Source: Chrysomallon squamiferum
Taxonomy: Eukaryota > Animalia > Mollusca
Direction: 5' to 3'
Assembly: GCA_012295275.1 (NCBI GenBank)
Contig: CM022671.1
Location: 32,674,001 to 32,738,000, forward strand
DNA length: 64,000 bases
Position numbers and translations under genes: made by a program. The notes under the pieces are model-generated. The model saw nothing but the letters and a program-made list of their open reading frames with translations, was not told the origin of the DNA and ran no database searches. Positions 16,000-40,033 of the stretch are shown here, piece after piece. Every line of letters starts with the position of its first letter. Position 1 is the first letter of the stretch.

Positions 16000-16950
16000 T
16001 CAGATGAAATGCAAAGGTTCTGCGACGTGGTCAGTGTATGTTTGTAATGCTGTGGCTGATCAACTCGTCTTTCAGAACAAGGATTCTGGCATCAGTAGCT
16101 CGGTATATCCGTAACAGCTTGCCAATGACCATCTAACTGCTGTAGTATGACTTCCACCCTAGACTGCTCAAGTTTCAACAGAACTAACACCTGAGATATG
16201 TTCGAATGACTCTTCTGGGTTGTTTGATTGAATTTATAGTGGCAAACTTCCAAATTGTTATTTTACCGATGATTGTCATTGCCTTAATGGTTCCACATTT
16301 CTGGAATCCATGGCCCTTCTATCCAGGTCTTAGTGACGTAATCCGTCAGTAATTTTCATTTTCGTACTATGGACCTTTGACAGTTGTGTCAGGCCAAACA
16401 TCCTCAACTTTGACCAGCGGAACCATCGGAAGGGCTGAAACACTTCTTACCACCTTTTGTAGATCATCGGTTTCAGTATAATCTGATGCTAGTCCTACTT
16501 TTTGTGTACTATGCCAAATACACTGAGTGTAATGGGAAAAACAGCCTCTACGTTGTGTGGTGAGGAATACAGTCCATCCTCGTTATGAGCAGATCTCTCA
16601 AAGTCCATCTGAAGAGTCCTTGGAGCGAAACGGGAACCTAGGTCATGCCAAGTTTCTTGGATATATTGGAAAGTCCGTACGTGTGTGTGTTTTGTACGTT
16701 TGAGAGGTGAAAAGAATACACAAGAGGGAACATATGTCCTTGAGATTCGCCATTTATAGTATAAAACTGATCTGAAAGCTTGGATGCTGAGGAAAATGTC
16801 CCCACTGAAAATACTCACACACCAACTCCAGGCTTTTGTAAAATTTCCCAGACACAGCGTCATTGTTCTTCCACAGATTGGAAATTTCCGTCTTAACCCG
16901 GTCAGTGAGTTTTGACTTGAATGCATCTACGTGCTTGATGTACTCACCAG
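16000..16950 (-). mobile_element. Degenerate Mutator-like (MULE) DNA transposase fragment
   Basis: Across frameshifts and stops the minus strand reads ...LQMDFERSAHN / RGCFSHYTQCIW...KVGLASDY...ALPMVPLVKVEDVW...LTDYVTKTWIEG...MWNH...NNNLEVCHYKFN. This matches the DFE...GCxFHxxQ and [RT]NNxxEGWH signatures of MULE transposases. Confidence 0.8.
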
Positions 16951-17187
16951 TTAACAAAACAGATTATTATTTTAATTATATTGAATTCACCAGATAATAT
17001 AATATAATATTTCTTTATACTATACTCGCCAGTTAGCAAAACAGATTATTCCTTTAATTAGATAATTAAAAAAACAGAACATCCAGCAACAAGAAATCAA
17101 AAACAGGAAAATAATTGATAAAAATATTTTTTTGGAAAATACAGTATTTCAGATGTGAGACGTAATATGTACTCAGTTACACTGTAC

Positions 17188-17684
17188 TGAATGAATGAAT
17201 GAATGTATAACAGCACCCCAGCACAAAAATACTGGGTGTCAAACAAAATTAAATGTGCCAAAATGGTGAATATTTTCTACATATTATTCAAAATTAAAAT
17301 CAGACAAAACGCAGTGTAAAGAGTTGTGCAAAAAGTATCAGAGTTTATTTAAATTATAGCTTTTAGAAATTTTAAAATATGTTCACGATGGAATTGAAAT
17401 GTTTCCATCACACCTATTTGACCAAATATATCCTTCCGTGTCTGCCTAAGATGATCGCACTCCACTGTCAGAGTACACCAACCTCAACTCGAGTCAAATC
17501 TAAAGCAGACTTGGCAGCAGAGTCTACCTTTTTACTGCCAGCGATGACAACATGGCTGGGTACCCAATAAAAACAATATTTTTTTATTGGCATTAGATAA
17601 TAAGACACACTTTCGTATCACCATCGAAATTAAGGGATGCTCCAAATTCATGTGCTGTAAAGCATGAGGACTCGAAAGTGAGTC
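17188..17684 (-). mobile_element. Truncated non-LTR retrotransposon (LINE) 3' fragment with RNase H remnant and (ATTC)n tail
   Basis: The minus strand reads DSLSSPHALQHMNLEHPLISMVIRKC.../YWVPSHVVIAGSKKVDSAAKSALDL, matching the DS..A...WVPSHVGI.GNE.AD.AAK RNase HI motif of I-group LINEs. It ends in ...GTGCTGGGGTGCTGTTATACATTCATTCATTCATTC. Confidence 0.75.
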
Positions 17685-17793
17685 TGTGAAAATAATATAT
17701 GTGGATGCAACACTGTACTGTTTTATGATGCGTTATATTGTTATTGTATTATGTGGTACTGAATTACAGAGTATTGTTTAGTTGTAAAAAATT

Positions 17794-17984
<191 letters not shown>

Positions 17985-18143
17985 AACTTGTACGTGTGAA
18001 AGAAACGGACAGAGAAACAGACATAAAAAAGACGTTTGTATGCGGTGTATATGTCTATGCTGCGGGTCTGTGGCGGAATGCATATTTATTAAAAGAGCGA
18101 CAGCTTCAAGGGACTAACAACTATAGGCAGTTTAATATATTAT

Positions 18144-20004
<1,861 letters not shown>

Positions 20005-20751
20005 GATTGTTTAAGCGAATAAAATCTGCTTTGAATAAACGATTTTTTGTGAAATTATTGTATACAAGACTGACGCGATGCGTATAAAACCGAGAGTTGT
20101 GTGTCAGTTTACAGTCTGTAAATGAATAATTATACTTAAAAATTTATGGCTTGAATATTTATGAATTTATATTTTTCTGAAACTAATTTAAAGTGATGAT
20201 ACTAACAAACGGATAAAAAAAAATTTAATGATGATATTAAAGATTGTGATGATGATGATGATGATAATGATGATGACGTGGTGTTGATAATAATAATAAT
20301 AATAATAATGATGATGATGATGATGGTAATAATGATGATGATGATAATAATAATAATAATAATTACAATGATGATGTTGAACATTGGGATGCTTCTTTGT
20401 GAATTTTATTTGTTCCTGAACACCAAAACTTTGCTAAAAATAAAGTATGGCAATAATAAATGACGCATGTTAAACCAGTAAGTCACACATTTCTCCCACT
20501 TTGTTTTTCGTCTACTCGTGAGACGATATATACTAGCTAAAGAGCAGAGTACTGCATCGTACACATCAACAGCTATATTATCTATTTAATACAGACTGAA
20601 GCTTGGACACAAGTAAATACAGACATAGACTGTTATTATACATGCACAAATTGATAGACCTAATGATTATGAGCTTATAGAATTCACACTAAATATCTAC
20701 TTTTGACCAGTCACAAAAACAAGCTCGTAAAACATCTGGTTTTAAAACTAG

Positions 20752-20808
20752 TTCAATAAACGATGGGATTGTGTTCAATAAACGATGGGATTGTGTTCAA
20801 TAAACGAT
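20752..20808. repeat. 22-bp tandem repeat (about 2.6 copies)
   Basis: GTTCAATAAACGATGGGATTGT repeated perfectly. Confidence 0.85.
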
Positions 20809-21292
20809 CTCTTTCGGGAGCTAAACGAAGCATTTCTCTATGAGAAAATTCAGCTTTTTCTCTGAACAATCCTCTAACACGAAGTCCCCAAAATGACCAG
20901 TGAGAAGTACCTAACTATTTCTGTTCTCGCTTTAGTAAACATCTGTTTGTATGGTGTTGGTTTAAGCCATGGACACATACATATATATTCGTACATATAC
21001 ATACAAATTTAATGCATTTTTAATATATGTATTCCTGTACGTAAGTATGTATATGTATGTATGTATGTTTGATTTTACGCAGGCATAAATGTCACACAAA
21101 TTATAAATGTGATTTTATTAGAGAACCGTTGTGGTTAATTTTGTTTCAGTCTGTTGCACATATATTTTATGCAAATGAACAAAAAATATTTAGAAATTTA
21201 GTAAAAATTTCATTTTAGCAGCAAAAACTGGTAGGAAAACAACATAACACCTAAAAAGAAGCCTGCATTTTGTTCTTAGACGTCACTTAAGT

Positions 21293-24001
<2,709 letters not shown>

Positions 24002-24108
24002 ATTCAAGAGACTGAAATAAAGAAGAATTATTCATTGTTTCCTTTTCTTTTTCGTAACTTGATTATCTGTTTTTAAATCTGATAAAAGTACAGTTTAATT
24101 ATGTGGGA

Positions 24109-24139
<31 letters not shown>

Positions 24140-24387
24140 CATGTCTGTTAGTGTACATACATACCTATAAACACATGCACATTAAAATACATGCAATCAG
24201 ACACACAAATACAACCACACATACATATAAATCTATATAATGAAATCTTTAGAATTATTAACATGCATCCACGCACTCATACAAAACACACGTTTTTAAA
24301 TACTCCGTTCATTAAATGATACATTTATTGCTATCTGATCTAAGTTACATTTGAAAGAAATGACCTGCTAAACTAATTAAAAGCAGT

Positions 24388-24610
24388 ATTAGAGCTTCTA
24401 AACGATTATATATTACCGAATAAGTCCATTTGAGTTAAACTGATGAAAATCGAGGGTTAGAGCTTATATACGACTAGACGTTGTGTATCAACAAACAGCA
24501 CTATTTGAGTTAAGCTGATGAAAATCAAGGGTTAGAGATTATAAACGATTAGACGTTATATATTACTGCATAACATCATTTGAGTTAAACTGATGAAAGG
24601 CGACGGTTTT
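24388..24610. repeat. Degenerate tandem repeat, about 70-75 bp unit, 3 copies
   Basis: The core ATTTGAGTTAA(A/G)CTGATGAAA occurs at about 24428, 24503 and 24578, the first two followed by ATC(G/A)AGGGTTAGAG. Confidence 0.75.
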
Positions 24611-24900
24611 ATAAGTCTATTGTAATTTTAATTGTGTTGGTATTATTGTTATCTTTAGACAGCATTCCGGCAGTGAGTCAATCTTTACAAAAAAAAAAAT
24701 TATTATTATTATTATTATTAAATCCTAGTTTACTAAAGTACAGAATGTTTTTACTTTTCAAACTGTTCTTTCCTCTCATCTCTATCTTCAAGTGTTAGTT
24801 ATACAGTTGCACCTGTCTTGTAGAGCAAAAGTGTCCTATATATCGCCATTTTTTTCTCTTTTTTTCCAACATAACAGTTGCACCGTAACCGCGAATAATA

Positions 24901-24937
<37 letters not shown>

Positions 24938-25605
24938 TGGCCTCTTTTAAAGATTCATTTATTCTAATGCATTGGTCTGAATGATAGAGACAACTGCAAT
25001 AATTATAAAGAATTGTAAATGTTTCTGATTAAGAAAATAAAACATTTCTTTTTACTAGCCATGACAAGGCTGCATATACAAAATAAGAAATTTACACACC
25101 TATGAATTTATGTATGTATGCGTATATGTATGTATATATGTGTATTTGTGTGCATGTACCAATGTGTGTGTATGTATCTAGGTGTGTGTATATGAGTTTG
25201 TGTGAAGGTGTGCATGAGTACGTGTATATATGTGTGAGTGTGTATTTGTAAATAAATCTATAATTTATAATTCTAATAATAATAATTAATAATATCACAT
25301 TTAGGATATTATATTTCATAATTCTAAGCATACAGCCAGTGTTTTAGGAAATCGGAATCAGCGATAGTTTTTATGTTCTGCTCATTTTAAAAATATAATG
25401 AAAAGATAATGACTTTACAAAATTCCAACACAAATTTTGTAAATAGGAATAACATTAATACTGTTTTATGCATATGTATGAAGATTTTTAGTGTCGCTGG
25501 CAGTCTGTCACATAATTTTATGTAAATGAATAACTAATATGTTCACTTCATTAACACATCTATCCGAGTTAACAGAGAAAAAAAAAAGTAGATTACAAAA
25601 AAGCC

Positions 25606-27743
<2,138 letters not shown>

Positions 27744-29302
27744 ATGAAAAAACAACAAGAAGATAAACAAACTGTGCTTTTGTTGTTGTTCTTTTTCAAT
27801 ACATAATTAGCACTTTTTAAAATCTTTTTTTTAAAATTATTTTATCTTTAAAATTATTACTAAAATCTCATTATTGTCTGTCTTCTTTTATTTTTGTGTT
27901 AATGTTGTATTTTGTATGTTGATAGTGTAGCTGTATTTTGTATGTTGATAGTGTAGCTGTATTTTGTATGTTGATAGTGCAGTTGTATTTTATATGTTGA
28001 TAAAAGTGTTGTTCTGTTTGGTATGTTAATGTGTAGTTGTATTTTTTTAAGTCGGTAGTGTAGTTATATTTAGCATTGTGCAGTGCAGGAAATTTACAAA
28101 GCCGTCTTCAGAAATAAAGTATAAACATGGCGTATAACAATAAAATTGTTTATTTTGGAGAAAACAAATATAAATCGGTATGACTAGCCGCTTTAGCAGT
28201 TGAATAATAACAAAAAGAAAAAGAAAAGCAGTCTGCGTTCAGTAGGTGACCGCTAATCTAAGGGACATATCCACTGAAGAACAATCGGGACTCGGAAAAG
28301 TGTCCGTACCTCGTAGGGTGTTGATTATCAAAGCGTATCACTGTATTTTTTGACCTGGCTGAGTCTCGATAATTTGCATCCATTTTACCTCTGACTTAAC
28401 TCTAAAGAAATATCAAATTTATTGCTTATAGATGATTTCTTACACTGTATTAGGATAAAATATAAAATTATTATTTAACAAATGCTGTGGCACATAAAAT
28501 ATTCTTTACTATTGGTGTAAAAGAGTAGCCAATTTTTGTTGTTGTTTTTTGTTTTTTGTCTTACATGATCAATTGAACCGAGTAACCTTGAATAATAATT
28601 TTTTTTAAAACTGACCTCTATTAAAAATTCATTTATTGCAATGCGTTGGTCTGAACGATAGTGACAACTGCAATAATTATAAAGAATTGTAAATGTTTCA
28701 GATTAAAAATAAAAATTCTCTTTACTAGCCATGACAAGGCTGCATATACAAAATAAGAAATTTACACACCTATGTAGTTATATGTATAATGTCTGTGTGT
28801 ATGTATATATATGTATGTATGTTCGTGTATATATGTGTATATGTGTGCATGTACCAATGTGTGTGTATGTGTGTGTGTATGTGTGTGTGTATATGTGTAT
28901 GTGTTCATCTGTGTGCAAGGTGTACAGGAGTAGGTGTATATATGTGCGAGTATCTATGTATATTTGTTTGTGTATTTGTAAATAACGCTATGATTTTTAA
29001 TTCTAATAATAATAATTAATAATATCACATTTAGGATATTATATTTTATAATTCTAAGCATACAGCCAGTGTTTTAGGAAATCGGAATCACGCGATGGTT
29101 TTTATGTTCTGCTCATTTTTAAAAGATAATGTCTTTACAAAATTCCAACACGAACTTGTAAATAGCAACGGTAACATTAATACTATTTTATGGAAATGTA
29201 CGAGGATTTTTTGTGTCGCTGGCAACCTGTCACATAGACATGTTATGTAAATGAGTAACTAATATGTTTACTTCATTAACACATCTAACCGAGCTCGGTG
29301 CG

Positions 29303-29346
<44 letters not shown>

Positions 29347-29349
<3 letters not shown>

Positions 29350-29515
29350 AATTGTGTAATTAAAAATTATGTATCTGTACAGCTTATAATTCTAATTACG
29401 CTGACAGTTTTTGCTTTCTATTTTGTTTTTGTGCAGGCAAATAAAATAGAAAAAAACATAACGAAAAGTCATTATGTTACTAGGAGATATGACAAGGCTC
29501 TTCCAGGTTGGTTAC

Positions 29516-29560
<45 letters not shown>

Positions 29561-30935
29561 GAAATAATACGTACATACATACATACATACATACATATTT
29601 TCATGTATGGGTGTGTGTATATGTTTGTATTATATCTATCTATCTCTCTATCTATTTATCTATCTATCTATCTATCTATCAATAAATCTATATCTATCTA
29701 TCTATCTATATCTACATATCCTACTTTTCCATTTTCGACTACTTTCAAGATCTATGACCTAATGTATAAAACGGTTAATTTTCTTTATTTTTATGAATTA
29801 TTTAAGAATGCAGGACAAAAGAAATAACTGGTTACTGTGTAGTGATATCAACTTTATCCTGCACAGATTGAATGGTCCGATGCTACTCGACATAGCCTCG
29901 TTGAATCCGGCGATTCTTATCTTCGAAGGATAAAGCTGATATCTTAAGTCAGCAACTAGTTATTCCCAGTTTCTTTCTTTATTTTGTTACACGCTTCAGA
30001 AATTAACTGAAATAATCAACTTTACATTGATTGTTTCTTACAAATTTCTTTTTTTTTTTTTTTTACATTTTATTTTAAGTATGATTTTATCTTTTTTTGG
30101 TACAGTATAAACATGCAAAGCCCAATTCAGTACTTGATCAAAGTGTAGTAACATTTATGGTACGAGAATCCTTCGGGGATGCTGTGAACGATTTCAAGAA
30201 ATTTCGCCCTTTGAAGATTCAAAAAACAAAATATTATTAACGTAAGTATTTGATTAACAAAAACATCAAAATGTATCATTGTTACGTTGAGCTGAATCAT
30301 TAAAGTCAAGAAAAATCCTGCTGCTGCTGATAAAGATGATATTACTGTTACCACTACTACCACCAAGACCACTACTGCTTCTACTAATAAACAAAAACAT
30401 TACAAAAACACAAACAGATACAAAATTAAGAAAAAAATCTGAATCTTTGGATATATTTGAAAAACGTATTCTCAAACATCTTATTATAAAGAATGTTATT
30501 TGCAAAAGAGACATGTCATTGAAATAATCTTTTATAATAAGAGTAACGATGATGATGATGATAATAATACTTTTCTTTTGTAAAGACTTGTACGTTTTTG
30601 AGTAAACAAGAAGTGAAACCAAAACACTAACATCATACACTGGGAGAGAAACAAGAGTTTACATATCACTTATAATTTCACAATATCACACACACACACA
30701 CGTGTAATACTACAAACTGTAGAAGAATAAGGAGTTTACGTCATTTAATTAAATTATAATTAAAAATAATATTACACTAAGAATTTTACTATTTGTCCTT
30801 TTCAGAGGACAGCTTGCGTCTAATCAGATAATAAAAGTTAGAAATATAAACGGGAAGACGACGAAGGCGATGTTGGCGATTGAAGCCACACTGAAAGGAT
30901 CGAAGTTTATTAAGAGATACTTTTACTACAGTTAA
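29347..30935 (+). pseudogene. Cluster gene 4: disrupted tandem copy, exon homologs 29347-29506, 30079-30241, 30806-30935
   Basis: The ATG position reads AGG at the end of a long poly-A run. The exon 2 acceptor is TTTTAA instead of TTTTAG. Exon 2 has a +1 T (about 30095) and a -1 A (about 30222). Exon 3 is intact (GQLASNQIIKVRNINGKTTKAMLAIEATLKGSKFIKRYFYYS*). Confidence 0.8.
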
Positions 30936-32433
30936 ATGAAGAAAAAAAGAAGAAGATAAACAAATTGTGCTTTTGTTGTTCTTTTTCTCTTCATAATAAA
31001 ATCTGTTTTGTTTATGTTTTTTTTTTTTTTGGTTAAAATCTTATTATTGTTTAGCTTCGTTTATTTTTGTGTTAATGTTGGATTTTATATGTTGAGAGTG
31101 TAGTTGTATTTTTAAGTCGATAGTGTAGTTGTATTTTTTGTGTTGATACTGTAGTTGGATTTTGCATGTTGATAGTGTTGTTCTATTTTGTAATTTGATA
31201 GTGTAATTGTATTTAGCATTATGCAGTGCAGGAAATGTACTAAACCATCTTCGAAACCTGGTGTATAACAATAAAACTTTTTTTTTTTTTTTTTTTTTTT
31301 TTTGAGAAGACAAATATAAATCGGTATGACTAGCCGCTTTAGCAGTTGAATAATAATAAAAAAAAGAAAAGAAATGAAGTCTGCGTTCAGTAGGTGACCG
31401 CTAATCGAAGGAACATATCCACTGAAGAACAATCGGGTCTCGTAAACGTGTCCGTACATCCTAGGCTGTCGATCATCATTGTAACCTGGCTGAGTCTCGA
31501 TAATTTGCATCCATTTTGCCTCTGACTTAACTCTAAGGAAATATCAAATTTTTTGCTTATTGTAGAGTTATTACTTAACGAATGCTGTGACACATAAAAT
31601 ATCCATTTCTATTAATGTAAAAGACAAACCATTTTTTTGTTCAGCCTACATTATGAATTGCACCTAGCAAACGTGAATAATAATTTAAATAAATTTGATT
31701 TCTATCAAACATTAATTTATTCTAATGCGTTGGCCTGAACGACAGGGACAACAGCAATAACTGTAAAGAATTGTAAATGTTTCAGATTAAAAAAAAATAA
31801 AAATCTCTTTACTAGCCATGATAAGGCTGCATATACAAAATAAGAAACTCACACACATATGTATTTTTATGTGTAATGTCTGTGTGTATGTGGATATGTA
31901 TGTATGTTCGTGCATATATGTGTATTTGTGTGCATGTACCAATGTGTGTATATCTAGCTAGGTGTGTGTATGTGTGCATGTGTGTATATGTTTAATTGTG
32001 TTCAGGTGTGCATGAGTACGTGTATATATGTGCGAGTGTGTATGTATATTTGTGTATTTGTAAACGACTCCATAATGTATAATTCTAATAATAATAATTA
32101 ATAATGTCACATTTAGGATATTATACTTTATAACTCGAAACATACTACCAGTGTTTTAGGAAATCGGAATCACGTGATGGTTTTTGTCTTCTGCTCATTT
32201 TAAAAATGTAATGAAACGGTAATGACTTTATACAATTTCAGCACAAATTTTGTAAATAACAATAACATGAATACTATTTTATGCAAATGTATGAGGATTT
32301 TTCGCGTTGCTGGCATTCTGTCACTTAAGTATTTTACGTAAATGAGTAACTAATATGTTTGCTTCTTTAACAGATCTATTCGAGTTCATTGCGAAAAAGG
32401 AAAAGAAAAAGGAAAAAAGAAAGGATAAAAGCC

Positions 32434-34761
<2,328 letters not shown>

Positions 34762-36517
34762 ATTAAGAAAAAACAAGAAGATAAACAAATTGTGCTTTTG
34801 TTGGTTTTCTTTCAGTACATAATTAAATCTTTTTTGTTTCTTATTTTGTTTATCTTCGTTAAAATCTGATTATTATTTAGCTTCGTTTATTTTTGTGTTA
34901 ATGTTGTATTTTATATGTTGATAAAGTAGTCGTATTTTGTATGTTGATAGTGTAGCTGTATTTTGCATGTTGATAGTGTAGTTGTATTTTGTTAGTTGAT
35001 AGTGTAGTTGTATTTTGTAAGTTGATAGTGTAGTTATATTTTGTACGCTGATAGTGTAGTTGTATTTTATATGTCGATAGTGTTGTTCTATTTGGAATGT
35101 TGATACTGTAGATGTAGTTTCGGTTTTGGTAGTATAGTTGTATTTTCTATATTGTAGTGTAGTTGTAGTTTGTAAGTTCATAGTGTAGTTGTGTTTTGTA
35201 AGTTGATGGTGTAGTTGTATTTAGCATTGTGAAGTGCAGGAAATCCACAAAGCTGTCTTCAGAAATAAAGTATAAACATGGCGTGTAAAAATAAAATTGT
35301 TTATTTTGAAGAAAACAAATATAAATCGGTATGACTAGCCGCTTTAGCAGTTGATTAATAACAGAAAAAGAAAAAGAAATGAAGTCTGCGTTCAGTAGGT
35401 GACCGCTAATCTAAGGGACATATCCACTGAAGAACAATCGGGACTCGGAAAAATGTCCGTACATCTTAGGTTGTCGATGATCAGGTGGTTTCACAGTATT
35501 TTGTAACCTGGCTGAGTCTCGATAATTTGCATCCATTTTACCTCTGGCTTAACTCTAAGGAAATATCAAATTTATTGGTTATAGTGGACTTCTTACACTG
35601 TATTAGGATAAAATATAAAATTATTACTTAACGAATGATGTGACACATAAAATGTTCATTACTATTAGTGTAAAAGTGTAGTCAATGTTTTTCTTTTTTT
35701 CCCCTTACTTGATCACTTGCAGCTAGTGTTCGTGAATAATAGTTTTATGAAAATTGACCTCGTTCAAAATTTCATTTGTTCTAATGCGTTGGTCTGAATG
35801 ATAGAGACAACTGCAATAATTATAAAGAATTGTAAATGTTTCAGATTAAAAAAATAAAAGAGTTCTCTTTACTAGCCATGACAAGGCTGCATATACAAAA
35901 TAAGAAATTTATACACCTTTATATTCATATTTGTAATGTCTGTGTGTATGTATATATATATATATATGTATGTTTGTTCGTTTATATGTGTGTATTTGAG
36001 TGCATGTACACATGACTGTGTATGTATCTAGGTGTGTGTATGTGTTTGTGTATATGTGTTTAATTGTGTGTAGGTTTGCACGAGTACAAGTATGTACGTG
36101 CGAATGTGCATGTATATTTGTTTGTATATTTGTAAATAACTCAATAATTTATAATTCTATTAATAATAATTAGTAATATCACATTTACGATATTATTTTT
36201 CATAATTCCAAGCATATTGCCACTGTTTTAGGAAATCGGAATCACCCGAGTGTTTTTTTTATGTTCTGCTAATTTTTAAAATATAATAAAAAGATAATGA
36301 CTTTACAAAATTCCATTTTTTTTTTGTAAATAGCAATGATAACTTGAATACTATTTTATGCAAATGTTTGAGGATTTTTTGTTTTTGTGTCGCTGACAAT
36401 CTGCCACATAAACATTTTATGTAAATGAGTAACTAATATGTTTACTTCATTAACACATCTGTCTGAGTTCATTGCAAAAAACAAAAGGAGTAAAAAAAGG
36501 AAGATTTAATAAAAGCC

Positions 36518-38786
<2,269 letters not shown>

Positions 38787-40033
38787 ATGAAAAAACAAAA
38801 CAAGAAGATAAACAAATTGTGCTATTGTTGTTCTTTTTCAGTACATAATTAAATATTAATTGTTTCTTATTTGTTTTATCTTTGTTAAAATCTGATTATT
38901 GTTTAGCTTCGTTTATTTTTGTGTTAATGTAGGATTTTATATGTTGATAGTGTTGTATTTTGCACGTTGATAGTATAGTTGTATCTTGTACACTGATAGT
39001 GTAGCTGTATTTTGTATGTTTATAGTGTAGTTGTATTTTATATGTTTATAGTGTTGTTATATTTGGTATGTTGATATGTAGTTGTATTTTGTATGTTGAT
39101 AGTGTTGTTAGGATAGATCGGATAGATCTGTTAATGTATCCATTTTACCTCTGGCTTAACTCTAAGGAAATATCAAATTTATTGGTTATAATGGTCTTCT
39201 TACACTGTATTAGGATAAAATATAAAATTATTTCTTAACGAATGATGTGACACATAAAATATCGATTACTCTTAGTGTAAAAGAGAAACCATTTTTTTTC
39301 CTACATCATGAATTGCACCTAAAGTTTCATTTATTCTAATGCATTGGTCTGAACGATAGAGACAACTGCAGTAATTATAAAGAACTGGAAATGTTTCAGA
39401 CTGAAAAATAAAACATTTCTCTTTACTAGCCATGACAGGGCTACATATACAAAATAAGAAATGTACACACCTATGTATTTATGTGTGTAATGTCTGTGTG
39501 TATCTATATATGTATGTATGTTCGTGTATATATGTGTATTTGTGTGCATGTACGAATGTGTTTGTATGTATCTAGGTGTGTGTATGTGTGTGTATATGAG
39601 TTCGAGTATGTATGTGCGTGAGTACGTGTATATATGTGCGAGTGTGTATGTATATTTGTTTGTGTATTTGTAAATAACTCTATAATTTATAATTCTAATA
39701 ATAATAATTAATAATATCACGTTTAGGATATTATATTTTATAATTCCAAGTATACTGCTGGTGTTTTAGGAAATCGGAATCACGTGATGGTTTTCATATT
39801 CTGCTCATTTTTTAAATATATTGAAAAGATAATTACAGCAGAACTTTTGTAAATAACAATGATAACATGAATACTATTTTATGCAAATGTATGAGGATTT
39901 TTTGAATCTCTGGCATTCTGTCACTTAAACATTTTACATAAATGAGTAACTAATATGTTTGCTTTATTAACAGATCTGTCCGAGTTCATTGCGAAAAAGG
40001 AAAAGAAAAAGGAAAAAAGAAAGGAAAAAAGCC

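Noticed and set aside
29303-29347. Long poly-A runs (also 3796-3843, 24903-24934, 61531-61572) as retroposition tails
   Set aside because: There are no target-site duplications or associated elements. The run at 29303 replaces an A-rich leader seen in sister copies and may be slippage or a consensus artefact.
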